From: Octopus sinensis
Lineage: Eukaryota
Direction: 5' to 3'
Length of the DNA stretch: 64,000 nt
Assembly (NCBI RefSeq): GCF_006345805.1
Contig: NC_043012.1
Coordinates: forward strand, 57,350,001 to 57,414,000
Both the position numbers and the translations under genes were made by a program. The notes under the pieces were generated by a model, which was not told where the DNA came from, made no database searches, and was given only the letters and a program-made list of their open reading frames with translations. This document shows, in pieces, positions 1 to 13,855 of the stretch. The stretch's first letter is position 1. Every line of letters starts with the position of its first letter.

Positions 1-770
1 ATGTGACATTAATAAAAACCTGTAAATATAAAACCATCCAGATTTCTGAGTACCTTATTTCTTCTAAGATATATACATATATATATATATGCATATACGT
101 GAATATTAACAAGTGAAACTGATCAGTACATAGCTAATCGTTTCTTATTTCGTATATTTTCATTTGTCTTGCTTATTTTTTACACTTTGGTTTTGTGCTG
201 AGTTTTTTCTTGAGAACACATTCTTTGTGGAAAATAGCGATTGTGACGTCTATATCTAGCATATTGACCGTCCACTTTTAGTGGTCAGCCCTTTAAATTT
301 TGTATATATATATATGTATGTATGTATGTATGATTGTATGTATGTATGTATGTATGTATATATCTGTGTGTGTGTGTCTATGTCTGTTCCCCCATCACTG
401 CTTGACAACCAGTGTTGGTGTGTTTACATCCCCATTATTTAGAATAAGTACTAGGCATAAAAGAATAAGTTCTGAGGTTGATTCGTTCAACTAAAATCCT
501 TTAAGGTTGTGTTCCAGCATGGCTGCAGTCAGATGGCTGGAACAAATAAGATGAAATAAATAAACGGAAAGACAGGATGGCCACGATCAGAATACTTTTA
601 ATCATAGATTTGTCATAATCAAGGTTGACCTGGGGCTAAACAACGAGAACTATAGTTTATTGCAAATGATATTCCTATGAATAACCTGCTATCTATTTCT
701 GACAGGAAGAAGAGACAGAAGCAACATAGAATAAGTTATTCTGTCTAGAAATACAATGAAATACCAACAG

Positions 771-842
771 CGGGAGGGAAGAGACTTGAACCCCTGACCT
801 GTACGGTAGACAGTCGAATGCCTTAGCCACTAAGCCATTTCA
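771..842 (-). pseudogene. tRNA-like sequence (pseudo-tRNA or SINE head, GTC in anticodon-like loop)
   Basis: Minus strand has A-box TGGCTTAGTGG and B-box GGTTCAAGTC with CTGTCTA between; acceptor and anticodon stems pair poorly. Confidence 0.45.
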
Positions 843-1126
843 AGTCTATATTGTCAACTGCAGTGATAGCTACAATAGTTGCTTTGTTATTGAGCATAGA
901 AAGCCAACCGGTAGTCTTCTGTTCTTGACAGTAATCAAACCAACAACAACATTTGATGGTCAAGAGGGCAGGGGGTTAGGAGAGACAGGTGGTGTGTGTT
1001 GGGTGGGTGGGTGGGTGCTGGGTCATTCCACTATATTAAAGACCTGGAATTTCACTTGAAGCAGAACATTTGAATGATGAAAGAGAAACTTTCTATTTTG
1101 TTATTAGTATCATTATTATTGGTATA

Positions 1127-1128
<2 letters not shown>

Positions 1129-1162
<34 letters not shown>

Positions 1163-1525
1163 GTATCTATGTATCTATCTATCTATCAACTATCTATCTA
1201 TTTGTCTATCAGTCTATCTATCTGTCTGTCTGTCCGTCCATCCATCTATCCGTCCATCCATCCATCTATCTATGTTTTATAAATGGATATATAAGTATGT
1301 GTATATGTATGTATATATATAAATTTATATACATGCATGTATATATAAATATATAAATGTATGAATAAATATATATATGCCTATATACATATATACATAT
1401 GCATATATATGTGTATGTGTGTGTGTGTGTATGCATGCATGTATGGGTGCGTGTACACATATTATATGTATACATGCATGTATATGTATGTGTATGCATG
1501 CATGTGTGTGTGTCTGTGTGTGTGT
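1129..1525. repeat. Compound (TATC)n/(TCCA)n/(TA,TG)n microsatellite
   Basis: Directly visible. Confidence 0.9.
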
Positions 1526-1749
1526 AATTAGAAAGTTAAGTATGGCTTTAGGAAGGGCATCCAGCCATAGAAACCATGCAAAGACAAACATTGGTTCTCA
1601 ATCCAGCCCTCTGACTTGTCAAAGCTTGTCAAACTGTCCAACCCATGCCAGTATACAATATGAGGATTAAATGATGATGATAATGAATTAGAAAATATAC
1701 CAAAAAATGTTCATGAGTAAAACAATTTCCATCATCATCATCATAAGCA

Positions 1750-1771
1750 TTATAATTATTATTATTATTAC

Positions 1772-1804
<33 letters not shown>

Positions 1805-1819
1805 TTTTATTATTATTAC

Positions 1820-1859
<40 letters not shown>

Positions 1860-2165
1860 GTTATTATTATTATTATTGTTCTATGTTTGACTTTTGCTTT
1901 ACATTTGTACAAGTTGGCTCCAAGTCTCACCCAGAGACCTCAAGAGACAAGTTGGAAGTTCAATTATTATTATTATTATTATTATATTATTATTATTATT
2001 ATATTATTATTATTATATATTATTATTATATTATAATTATAATTATTATTATTATTATTATAATTATAATTATATCATTATTATTATTATTATTATTATT
2101 ATAATTATAATTATTATTATTATTATTATAATTATATTATTATTATTATTATTATAATTATAATT

Positions 2166-2210
<45 letters not shown>

Positions 2211-2216
2211 ATTATA

Positions 2217-2247
<31 letters not shown>

Positions 2248-2270
2248 GTAGTAGTAGTAGTTGTAGTAGT
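1750..2270. repeat. (ATT)n microsatellite interrupted by a LINE tail
   Basis: Directly visible. Confidence 0.9.
1880..1962 (-). mobile_element. Dong/R4-like LINE 3' terminus embedded in (ATT)n
   Basis: Reverse complement of 41945-42026 (gaacttc...gtctcttgaggtctctgggtgagact...acttgtacaaat..aaagcaa), flanked by TAA repeats. Confidence 0.65.
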
Positions 2271-2531
2271 AGCTGCAATGGTGGTAGTGGTATTCTAGTT
2301 AACAAAGCCAAATGTGCTGGGCACATCTGGAACTGTTGATGTTAAAATCTGCAAATTTTAAAGAAATTATTTATTTCTATTAAGTGTAAGCTACACCTTA
2401 TTGTTTGAATTCATTCACAATGTATTTAATAACAAGGGAGAAATGTATTTCTTTGTCCGTCTCCTTCCCCCTCAAGGGACAGATCCTGAACTCTATTCAT
2501 TGTGAAAGGAGAGATCACCAGCTTTACAAGG

Positions 2532-2700
2532 GTAATATTAGATAAGGCACCAGTGTTTGCGAATGGGCTGAAGTACTGTGACCTCTGCTTCGCAGAGAAA
2601 CTTCATATTTTGCGCCACCCTGCTTCTAATGCTAAATAAAAGAAATTAATTTATTTCGACCTGCAGGCATACACACAATTTCTTCCTCATGAATTTCAAA
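2532..2700 (+). mobile_element. Penelope-like (Naiad-type) GIY-YIG C-terminal fragment, degenerate
   Basis: Manual translation VILDKAPVFANGLKYCDLCFAEKLHIL..(frameshift)LNKRN*FISTCRHTHNFFL matches the CxLC-EK / LNKR..CRH PLE terminus. Confidence 0.75.
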
Positions 2701-2947
2701 CACAGACCCTCCTGTTGTACAATGAATAACAATTGACATCAAAGACCCTGTGATTACTTGGAAGTGCAACGAACAATTTAAGCAAGTTATTACACATTTC
2801 TTCTCAATCCATACAAGCTGACCGAAAGGCAAACTGAATGAAAGCATGGTTTAGATAATATGTAATCCTGTTTTACTTATGTGTGAATAAAGACATTAAT
2901 CAATGCATTCAAAGTTATCATTACTCATAGAAGGAGGATACATATAG

Positions 2948-3171
2948 TTAACCCCTTTGTTACCATATTTCTGATGAAATACAATGCCATTATTTCAATT
3001 AATTTTGAAAATAATGATATAACTTTGTCATTATTAAGCTGGTGCTTGGAACATAAATTAGATTGTAATTTTGACGTGAGGTTTTAATTTAGAGCACTTT
3101 GAACGAGAAGTTTGCATCATAGATAGAACCAGGGGCAGTTGCAGGTGGTTTGTTGGCATTAAAAGGATTAA
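2948..3171. mobile_element. piggyBac-like MITE
   Basis: TTAA ends; ttaacccctttg / aaaaggattaa imperfect TIRs. Confidence 0.45.
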
Positions 3172-3350
3172 GAGGTATTTGTTCTATAATCTTCGTCATC
3201 AATATAGAATTTCTTCATTGAGGTAAGATTAGAACTTTTGAATTCACTCATGCTTTAGACAGCCACTTATTTCATCAACCTATGGGAGAAGGATGAACTT
3301 TAAATTAAAATTTATGGGGTTTTGATGTCTGAACTAAATAAATGGGTGTC

Positions 3351-3509
3351 AGAGTGGCTGTGTGGTAAGTAGCTTGCTTATGAACCACATGGTTCCGGGT
3401 TCAGTCCCACTGCATGGCACCTTGGGCAAGTGTCTTCTACTATAGCCTCGGGCTGACCAAAGCCTTGTGAGTGGATTTGGTAGACGGAAACTGAAAGAAG
3501 CCCATCATA

Positions 3510-3558
<49 letters not shown>

Positions 3559-3760
3559 GTGTATCAATATGTTTGTGTGTCACTTGACAACCGATGCTGG
3601 TGTGTTTACATCCCTGTAACTTAGTGGTTCAGCAAAAGATGCCAATAGAATAAGTACTAGGCTTACAAAGAATAAGTCCTGGGGTCGATTTGCTCGACTA
3701 AAGGTGGTGCTCCAGCATGGCCACAGTCAAATGACTGAAACAAGTAAAAGATTAAAAGAG
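3351..3760 (+). mobile_element. tRNA-derived SINE family A (octopus OR-like, CORE-like ccttgggcaagt), internal microsatellite
   Basis: A-box tggctgtgtggtaag, B-box ggttcagtccc; conserved tail ending gactgaaacaagtaaaag; >15 full or partial copies in window. Confidence 0.85.
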
Positions 3761-4058
3761 TCATGTAGCAATCAAGAATTCAGAGATTTAGCAAACCATA
3801 AAAGTTTTTGTTTTTTTCTTCCATTGAAATAAAAATTAAAAAAAAACATGCAGACATGAATTGATGCAAGTATGGTTGTGGGGTTAAGATGCTTGTTTTG
3901 TAACCGTGTTGTTGTCAGGTTCAGTCCCACTTCATGGCATCTTAGGCAAGTGTCTACTACTATACCCAAGCCAACCAATGCCTTGTGAATGAATTTGGTA
4001 AATGGAAACTGTGTGGAAGGCCATGATATATATTTGTGTGTGTATATGTATACAGGTA

Positions 4059-4570
4059 CAGGGTGGGCCAAAATTAGTAGCCCAAGTTGAATTTTTGGAA
4101 ATTGAATGATTTCGTAGGTGCTGATTGAGGAAGTTTCTTACACGTTTGTCATAATGAGAAGCTGTTCCATCTTGCACAAAGATTTTGGAATGATGGTATC
4201 AAAAACACAGCCAGATGATGTTTTCACACAACGCCAGGTAACGATCACCATTCATCGTCTCTCATTGAATATGGAATGCACAAATTCCTGAAGATGATAT
4301 CGCGACCCAAATGACAAAAGAAGGTGAATTGACATGCTTTTCTCAAACCACTTCAGGGTCGTCTTCTGAATAATAGAAGCAGTTATTGCGGTTGATGTGA
4401 TTGGAAAATGAGTCGGTCAAAAAACCTGGAAGCTCTGGCTTCTGCCAGAATTCTCTCACAAAATTCAATTTGTCGAATAATCAATGACATATAGAAATAA
4501 TATCAGTATGCATCAAGAAACTACAGAAATAATAGACACATATAACTGGGACACTAATTTTGGCCCACCC
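4059..4570 (-). mobile_element. Tc1/mariner (maT-like) internally deleted DNA transposon
   Basis: TIRs gggtgggccaaaattagt..ccc at both ends; minus-strand remnants INRNNCFYYSEDDP, MNGDRYL and QDGTASHYDKRVRNFLNQH. Confidence 0.8.
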
Positions 4571-4616
4571 ACTCTCTCCTCTATATATATATACATACAT
4601 ATGCATATACATATAC

Positions 4617-4687
<71 letters not shown>

Positions 4688-4689
<2 letters not shown>

Positions 4690-4967
4690 GAGGTACATGG
4701 CCTAGTGGTTAGAGCAGCAGACTCGCGGTCGAGGGATCACAGGTTTGAATCTCAGACCAGGCGATGTGTGTGTTTATGAGCGAAACACCTAAGCTCCATG
4801 TGGCTCTGGCAGAAGGTAATGGCGAACTTCTGCTGACTTTTTCGCCACAACTTTCTGCATTTTGCAGCTCACCTGCGACAGACTGGTGTCCCGTCCAGGC
4901 GGGGAACCTATACACCAAGGAAACTGGGAAACCGGCCCTTCTGAGCCAGGCATGGCTCAAGTAGGAA
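4688..4967 (+). mobile_element. tRNA-derived SINE family C
   Basis: tggcctagtggttagagc head, ggtttgaatc B-box; related to copies at 8667, 11757, 16324, 27808. Confidence 0.7.
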
Positions 4968-5100
4968 CAAACAATATGTATATATACACACATATATACA
5001 TATATATATAAGTGTTTATGTATGTATGTAAAGATTGACAAAATGCTGCTAAGCATTTTCCAGGCATGTTAACGATTCTGTCAGCTCGCTGCCTAAATAG

Positions 5101-5313
5101 TCTTTTCTATTCTAGGCACAAGGCCTGAAATTTTTAGGGAGGGGCTAGTTAATTAGATCAACCCCAGTATGCAACTAGTACTTAATTTATTGACCCCGAA
5201 AGGATGAAAGGCAAAGCTGACTTCAGCAGAATTTGAACTCAGAACATAAAGACAGACGAAATACCGCTAAGCATTTCATCTGGTGTGCTAACGTTTCTGC
5301 TAGCTCACTGCCT
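5101..5313 (-). mobile_element. tRNA-derived SINE family B (central domain resembles Meta/MESC SINE domain, from memory)
   Basis: gactttgcctttcatcctttcggggtcaataaattaagtac core on minus strand; several copies. Confidence 0.75.
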
Positions 5314-5544
5314 TCCATTGCATGTAAAAATTAACCAGTGTTTCAAATAGATTAAGAAGGGAGTAAAAAAGGTTAGCATCAGGAGGGGGGAATTTTGGCT
5401 GTAAATCATTTCCTTGAAAATCCTTGTCCAAGCCATGCCAGGAGAGCAAAGGAGTGAATGTAAACATTTTTGGGATGATGATATGGGATAGTTTTGATGA
5501 AAGGAAATGACGTCATAGGAAAACACGACAGAAAAATTTACAAT

Positions 5545-5895
5545 GTTGACTGGAAAAAGTCACAATGTTGTTTAGGAACAGCAATTTTGGTAAGAAGAAA
5601 AAATCACAATTTTGGTTAGGGAAAACAATTTTCGCAAGAAGGGAAGTTACAATTCTGGTTAGAAAGATCAATTTTGGCAAGAAGAAAAGTCACAATTTTG
5701 GTTAGGAAAAACAATTGTGGCAAGAAGAAAAGTTACAATTTATGCCATGAAAATGTGACAATTTTTGCTAGGAAAATACCACAATTTTGGCGAGAAGAAA
5801 ACTCATAATTTTAGCGAGGAAAACATCACAATTTTGGTGAGAAAAAAGTGACAATTTTGGGTAAGAAAAAGTCACAATAATGACTAGAAAAAAGT
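5545..5895. repeat. Minisatellite, ~19-20 bp subunit (caattttgg/aagaaaaagtca)
   Basis: Repeated acaattttgg..aagaagaaaa motif, about 17 degenerate units. Confidence 0.75.
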
Positions 5896-6406
5896 GAATT
5901 ATAGTTTTTTGGGGGGGGGGGGGGGGGCACAATATAAATGAAATTTAGGGAAAGTGATTACAGCAATCCCCAGTATTTCACTATCACTTTATTCTACAAA
6001 CGTAAACCAAAAGAAAGGATGAAAAACAAAGTTGACCTTGACAAGATTTGAACTCAGAGAAAATGTAAATGGCTCGCAGGCATTTTTGGTTTGATGCTCT
6101 AAGGACTCTGCCAATCGTACCACACATGAAGAAGCTGAATGTGGTTGAATTGAGTTGAACAGAGTCCAACTCTTCTCCTAGATACAGTTTATAAATGAAC
6201 TTATTTGAAGTAAAAGAATGTCTGTTGAACTTGTATAAGCTGCTCACTCAGGCAAGTGATTAGTACACAGTGGGGTTTTATTTATCTTCATTCAAATTTT
6301 CAGACTTTTAAGATGTGGGGGAAGGTTTTGATTGAAGGATTGCCATGATAACCAGGTCATCAACATGGCATGTATCTACAGAAAACGACTCCATTATCAT
6401 TAATAC

Positions 6407-6439
<33 letters not shown>

Positions 6440-6471
6440 GATCATCATCGTCATCACCATCATTATTATTA

Positions 6472-6518
<47 letters not shown>

Positions 6519-6769
6519 AACTATCTGATTTCCAAGAAGAACAAAAACATATTCTTCACTTGGTGTAGACCAATTTATTTCTTTTGTAACACATCCAAAA
6601 TCCCTTTTTGAAGTAAATTTGCAACACTTTATCCACTTTTACTCAATGTTCTAACTATAGCTTCTTGTTGTTGTTGTTGCTGTTGTTTAGCCACAGGTTA
6701 GCTGTGATCAAGCAGACCTATGATTAATGATATTCCAGCTGTAGTAGCAATCACATCTTTTCTTATTTC

Positions 6770-6994
6770 TTTACTGCCCACAAGGAGCTACACAAAGAGG
6801 GGACAAACAAGCACAGACAAACGGATTAAGTTGATTATATCGACCCCAGTGCGTAACTGGTATTTATTTAATCGACCCCGAAAGGATGAAAGGCAAAGTC
6901 GACCTCGGCGGAATTTGAACTCAGAACGTTGCGGCAGACAAAAAACCGCTAAGCATTTCACCCGGCAAGCTAACACTTCTGCCAGCTCGCCGCC
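6770..6994 (-). mobile_element. SINE family B
   Basis: Reverse complement of 13431-13661. Confidence 0.85.
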
Positions 6995-7250
6995 TTTCAC
7001 ATCTTTTCTACAACATATTTAATGCCTTCCCCACACCTTTTCTTTTAATACAATAGATGAGAAAAGGTGAGGACATTGGAGTAATTAGAGAGGAATTTGG
7101 CTGCTAGTTCTAGCAGTTACAGTGACTACATAGTAGCTTCCATGTGGGTTTAGTGTAGCTGATTTTTTTTGTGCATGGCAAATGAGAATTATATAAACTT
7201 ATCAAGACTTTGTTAAATCAAAGACATCATTCACAAGCAACAGTGTCTTG

Positions 7251-7464
7251 GATAGACAGATAGATAGACAGTTAGATAGACAGATAGAAAAATGGATGGA
7301 TGGATGGATGGATGGATAGATAGATAGATGGATAGATAGATGGATGGATAGATAGTTAGACAGATAGATGGATAGACAGGCAGACAGATGGGAGGATGGA
7401 CGAAAGGACGGACAGATAGATGGATAGATAGACAGATAGATAGATAGATAGTAGATAGATAGAC

Positions 7465-7526
<62 letters not shown>

Positions 7527-7540
7527 GTGGATGGGTAGAT
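7251..7540. repeat. (GATA)n/(GGAT)n/(GACA)n microsatellite
   Basis: Directly visible. Confidence 0.9.
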
Positions 7541-8558
7541 AAAGAGTACATGTTTATTTTCATCATTATCATTATCATCATTAAACGCCCCTTTTCTTTT
7601 CATGCTGGCATGGGTTGACATGAAGGGACAAGCAAAAGGACTATGCTCAGCTCCAAAGTCTGTTTTGGTATGGTTTCTATAATTGGATGCCCCTTCTAAT
7701 GCCAACTATTTTTGAGAGTGTGCTGGGTGCTTTATTTCATGACCTCAGGATTAGTAAGGTTACCAAATACTCACATGGCAAAGCCCCAACCTCACCCTCA
7801 GCTGAGTGGAGTAGAGTATAGAGGAACAGGAGCAAGTGTCTTGCTGAAGACATGAATGCCTGGTTTCCCCATATTTGGAAAGAGAGAGAGAGAGTGTGGG
7901 GAGAGAGACTGATGTGGGGGGTCAAGGTATAAAGTGAATATGAGAGAGAGAGAGAGTGAGAGAGAAAATAGGGATAGAGGGAGAGAAAAGATGTATGGAT
8001 GGGTAGGTACATGTACTTAGGTGAAAAGAGTACAAAAAATGATTAAAGGTAGGAACTGAGGTGGTTGAGGGAGGAGAATAAATTCATCCCTCTCTCTCTC
8101 TCTCTCTCTCCTCTTTGTCTTATGTTTTTTTTTTTTTTATCAAGGTTTGATAATTATGCATCAAGTCTTTGTTAATGTTTTCATTTTTTTTTTTTCACTT
8201 TTATTTTCCGAGATTTCAAATAGACTTAAATTGCATGACGCAGGAATTTGAATTGAATTGAAGAGTTTTTAAAAACTCAAATTGAAAATTAAAACCTCCC
8301 CATTTCAATAAAGCATAAAATAAATTCTAATCAATAAAATAGGGAGAAAACACACGTAAAACAAAACATAACACATAAAAACTATTGGTATCATATTGAA
8401 TTTCAATACTAGACTTATTTTCAACTATTTTCCAGTCCAAAATCTATAAAAATATCTCGGTTTTATTAATTTATGCTTTTAAAATAGAAATTATAATAGG
8501 GATAAGAATAACGAAAATATGAATTGGTTTTATGATTATTCTTACACACACACATATA

Positions 8559-8630
<72 letters not shown>

Positions 8631-8666
8631 ATATTATATATATTATATATATTACATATTACATGT

Positions 8667-8986
8667 GAAGGTGCATGGCTCAGTGGTTAGAGCGTCGAGC
8701 TTACGATTGTGAGGTTGTCAGTTCGAATCCCAGACAGGGCTATGTGTTGTGTTCTTCAGCAAGACACTTTATTTCACGTTGCTCCAGTTCACTCAGCTGT
8801 AGAAATGAGTTGCAATGTATCGGCCTCTTTGCCTTTCCCTTGGATAACATCCATGGGGAAGAGAGGGGAGGTTCGTATGCATGGGCGACTGGTGGTCTTC
8901 CATAAACAACCTTGCCCGGACTTGTGCCTGGGAGGGTAACTTTCTAGGTGCAATCCCATGGTCAGTCATGACCGAAGGGGGTCTCA
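8667..8986 (+). mobile_element. SINE family C
   Basis: tggctcagtggttagagc...gttcgaatcc head; homologous to 11757-12050. Confidence 0.8.
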
Positions 8987-9125
8987 GCAGTATATATATA
9001 TATATAATCATTTTACATAAACTTTGCATGTTGGCATGGGCAGGATGGTTGATGGTTCATCAGGCTTCAACATGCTGGAGGTCTGCAATTTCTTCCAATA
9101 AATTATGTATGTATAATATGTATCT

Positions 9126-9164
<39 letters not shown>

Positions 9165-10329
9165 GTACACACGTACACACACATATGTAAATCTATGCAT
9201 ATAGATAGACGTGTGTGTGTGTGTATACATATATATATATGAGTGTATGTATAAATACATATACATAAATATATATATGTTAGAGCTACACATGAACATT
9301 TATATACACACACATACAAATACACACAGACACATATATATCCATGATTACATACACACACATATATATATATATACACACACACACATTCTATCTTAGA
9401 ATGTATGTATATAGATATATCTTGATGATGATGATGATGATGATATATATACATACATATATATACATACATTCAAAGATAAATGTGTATGAAAGTGTGT
9501 GTGTGTGTATATATATAAATATATATATATATGTTTATAGAACTTTTTGTATGTTCAGTAATGATGGGGTGAGCGAGAGAAGAGAGAAACTAGGGGGCAA
9601 GCAGAGAGTGTTGTTTTGATATCTGTTCTCAAGCCACTTAACTGGTTGAGAGCATTCATTTTATTGTTGATATCATATTCATCTTGAATAAACAATGATT
9701 TATTCCACAACATATTTCCACCTTCAATTCTTTATTTATTCTGATATAATTCTGGGTCTGTATATGTTTAATCCATATGATGTGTGTCTATAAATATATA
9801 TATAAATACACACACACACATATAATATATATATATATATGTATATATACTACCTTCTTGTTGCTTCTTCATACATAATTCCTTAGGTTCTGCAACTACT
9901 ACTACCACTACCACCACCACCACCACTACCACTACTGCCACCAAGAACACATCACCTCATCCACCATCACCACCTCAACCACCACCACCATCATCATCAC
10001 CATCTCAAACCCCGCCACTTTCCACACCACCATCACCAACAACAACAACAACAACAACAACAACTTTGGTGTCTGTAAGCTATTCCTGAAGCCTTCAAGA
10101 TTGTGTTGCAAGATCTTTGTGATTTTTTCAAATTTTTTCTTCCAAATTTCTCCCCCATCACTCTCATTTTTTTCTTGTTGTTCTTATTGTTGTTCTTATT
10201 GTTTGTTTCCCATCTTGGTCTATTCCTGCATCTTAATATTTCATTTGCTTTCTCAAGCGATTAGTTGCTCTACCCCTCTCGCCTACCCCTCTATTATTAT
10301 AAGCAGGTTCATTAAAATATATAACTTAC

Positions 10330-10380
10330 ACAGACAGACAGAACACACACACATACATGGATTTATAGATATATATATAT

Positions 10381-10413
<33 letters not shown>

Positions 10414-11300
10414 CACACACACAAACATATATATATATACACACTCACACATATATATACATATATATATATACACACACATATATACATATATATAAAT
10501 TTATATACATATATTTATACATACATACATACATACACACACATATATATATATACACACCACACACATATAATATATATAACATATATATATATTATAC
10601 AACATATATATATATACACACACAATATTATATTATATACACACACATATGTATACATATGTATGCATATATATATATTTGATATATATATATATATATA
10701 TATACATATATAAAATTTATATACATATTTTATATATACATATATACACACTACATATATATACAACACATATATAATACACATATATATATACACATAT
10801 ATATATATATATATAATATATATATATACATACACACACACATGCATACATATAAATACTGTCATAGGTATAATGTATGTACACATACATATAATACTTA
10901 TATAATATGCATACATACATGCTTACAAATGTCCTTATATATATATATGCATAATACCTATACATACATATATACATATGTATCTATATGCACATATATA
11001 TTCTTATGTAATATACATACACACACAAACTCAAACATTCACAGACACATGTATGTAAATATATATATGTGTGTCTGTGTATATATATATGTATATGTAT
11101 GTGTGTATGTAAGTATGTATGTATACCTATATATTAGTTATATAATATACACACGCACGCAAACTCAAACACATATATATGTCAATATATATATGTTTGT
11201 GTCTGTGTGCGTGTGTATGTTTACATATATATTACTTATACATTATACATACACACACAAACTCAAACACACATGTATGTAAATATGTGTGTGTATGTAT
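10330..11300. repeat. Compound (TA)n/(CA)n microsatellite field
   Basis: Directly visible; source of Y/I/H/T-rich spurious ORFs. Confidence 0.9.
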
Positions 11301-11756
11301 ATAAACCAATTATTACCTCATGTAAACTTGTGTTGTATGTTATCAAAATATTATTAACCCAAATTAACTAAAGGTTGTCCTTTTAACTGTTTTCCATTAT
11401 TTCTCCCCACCCACCACCACCACCACTGCTGCCGCCACTAAACTCTTCTGTTATACAGACGTACCAAAAATATATACACTAATATTTTATATATCATTTA
11501 GGTTCTTACATAAACAATGGAAAAGTTGAAAACTAAAAGAAAATGAGGTTTTATTTATTTTTTTTTTACCATCTTTTATCTTTTATTTGTTTTAGTTTCT
11601 GCCAACCAATTCCACGCGTAAAGTTTTGGTCGGCCTAGAACACTCGTGTAAGACATTTTCCCAAGGTGTCACACACCTTGACCAAATGTGCTATATTTAT
11701 AGCAAGTATTTTGCCTAAACCAAGAAACTACATAGCCATGCCTACATACATACAGC

Positions 11757-12050
11757 GAAGATGCATGGCTCAGTGGTTAGAGCATTGGATCACAATCATG
11801 AGGTAGTGAGTTCGAATCCTGGACTGGGCTGTGTGTTGTGTTCTTGAGTAAGACACTTTATTTCAAGTTGCTCCAGTTCACTCAGCTGTAGAAATGAGAT
11901 GCAATGTCATTGGTGCCAAGCTGTATCAGCCTTGGCCTTTCCCTTGGATAATATTGGTGGCATGGAAAGGGGAGGCTGGTATGCATGGGTGACTGCTGGT
12001 CATCCATAAACAACCTTGCCCAGACTTGTGCATCAGAGCAGAACTCTCTA
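11757..12050 (+). mobile_element. SINE family C
   Basis: Homologous to 8667-8986. Confidence 0.8.
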
Positions 12051-12103
12051 GGGGGTCTTTACATACATATACCCATATCCAACAGGTTACACACTAACCA
12101 AAG

Positions 12104-12318
12104 TAGTGAGCTGGCAGAAACGTTAGCACGCTGGGTGAAATGCTTAGTAGTATTTTGTCTGTCTTTACATTCTGAGTTCAAATTCCACCAAGGTTGACTT
12201 TGCCTTTCATCCTTCCTGGATCGATAAATTAAGTACCAGTTGTATACTGGGGTCGAGCTAATTGACTGGTCCCCCCTCCCCCAAAATTTAGGGCCTTCTG
12301 ACAAGAGTAGAAAAGGAT
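12104..12318 (+). mobile_element. SINE family B
   Basis: gagctggcagaaacgttagc head and core domain. Confidence 0.8.
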
Positions 12319-12319
12319 A

Positions 12320-12545
12320 CGCACTAACCCATCTGGAACAAGGTATGGCTGAAATTGGGATCTTGAGGAAAGAATGCAAATCCTTAATTCATACTCTACA
12401 AATGATTATGATATCAGGGGCTATAAAGATCTGCAAGACCTTCTTAAGATTTAAAGGATGATGGTTAAAACAATATGCTTTCCTTCATAACCTTGCCACC
12501 AAGTCGGTGGCCAGTCAGAATTTACTCTGAGTTAAAAAGAGAAAG
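12320..12545 (+). mobile_element. RLE-type (R4/Dong-like) LINE C-terminal fragment
   Basis: HLEQGMAEIGILRKECKSLIHTLQMIMISGAIKICKTFLRF resembles the LQ...G...I.R..L end of RLE ORFs. Confidence 0.45.
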
Positions 12546-13430
12546 AGAAGAGAAGGAATGAACAAAGGAACATACTTATGTATGTACATACATGCATACA
12601 TATACATACACATATACATATATATATACATACATGTAATTTTTGGACTAATCGGTACATGTCAATTAGTATATCGAGTAAAGTGCAAACTGGTGGTCAC
12701 AGTTTGGACTACCACGTGGCATCCGCAGTTGGGATCTATGACAGGAATTCTGCAGTGTTACTTGATATATCTGATGAATTGACATCAGTTCCCTTCATCA
12801 ATTATTATACACACACATACACACACACATATATATGTGTGTGTGATGATTGTCTCAGCTTGGCAGATGATGGCCGTCTTACATCTAGCATGATTATTCT
12901 GATTTACTTTCATCCCTGTATGTGGCAATGATATGACTCTCATATCATGCATCCATCTTCATAGAACTAAACAAAATACAAAATGGATCAAGAAATGAAA
13001 TGATAGTGAAACATCTGTACATCACTGAATTTAAATGACAAAAGTTTGTACAACACTTCTGCCACTCTCTTGGTTGCCATTGCAGGTTCCAGTGACAAAC
13101 GTTATTAGATGACTAGTACTATTTTGACAAAAAGTTATATTCCAGAGTATCTTCTTCTAGAAGAGCTGCCTTTCCGGCAGCTTTGCCAATAATATTAGGA
13201 GCCTCCTCTACCCCTAGGGAATCTTGGAATTCATTCCTGATAAGACAGCTGATAGTGACCAATAAAATAGGTCTGTTTATTTATTGAAACTTACAGAAGA
13301 AAATGGAAAAAAAACAAAAAATGTATATCTAATAAGAGGCTGCCCTAAAACCCATAAAATGCCCAATAGAAGATTTGGGAGCCTTTTATCACAGTGTCAG
13401 TTTTGAACCCCCTAGTGTAGCTTGTGGGTG

Positions 13431-13661
13431 GGCGGCGAGCTGGCAGAAACGTTAGTGTGCCGGGCAAAATGCTTAGCAGTATATCGTCTGCCGTTATGTT
13501 CTGAGTTCAAATTCCGCTGAGGTCGACTTTGCCTTTCATTCTTTTGGGGTTGATAAACTAAGTACTAGTTACACACTGGGGTCGATGTAATCGACTCAAT
13601 CTCTTTGTCTGTCCTTGTTTGTCCTCTCTATGTTTAGCCCCTTGTGGGCAATAAAGAAATA
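13431..13661 (+). mobile_element. SINE family B
   Basis: ggcggcgagctggcagaaacgttag head, gagttcaaattcc B-box, core domain. Confidence 0.85.
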
Positions 13662-13855
13662 AGAGCAAGGGTGCTTATATGAGTTGGCACTTTTTGGTCA
13701 GTTATATAAGCCTGTATAGGCTTAAGGACCCAAGAGAGAGGGAGGAACCAACACAGGGGTTAACCCAGGTGGCACAGATTTTAACTAAATCACTGTTTGA
13801 ACCCCTCTAGAAATGTGTGTGTGTGTATATGTATATATATATATATATATATCTA

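Noticed and set aside
771-842. Functional tRNA-Asp gene
   Set aside because: Acceptor and anticodon stems do not pair properly; kept only as tRNA-like
5545-5895. CRISPR-like array (also 16600-16900)
   Set aside because: No unique spacers, eukaryotic context, no cas genes
6182-6348. Possible + strand mini-gene (MNLFEVKECLLNLYKLLTQ / TFKMWGKVLIEGLP*) with a GC-AG intron
   Set aside because: Needs a 53-nt GC-AG intron and gives an unrecognisable short peptide; likely chance
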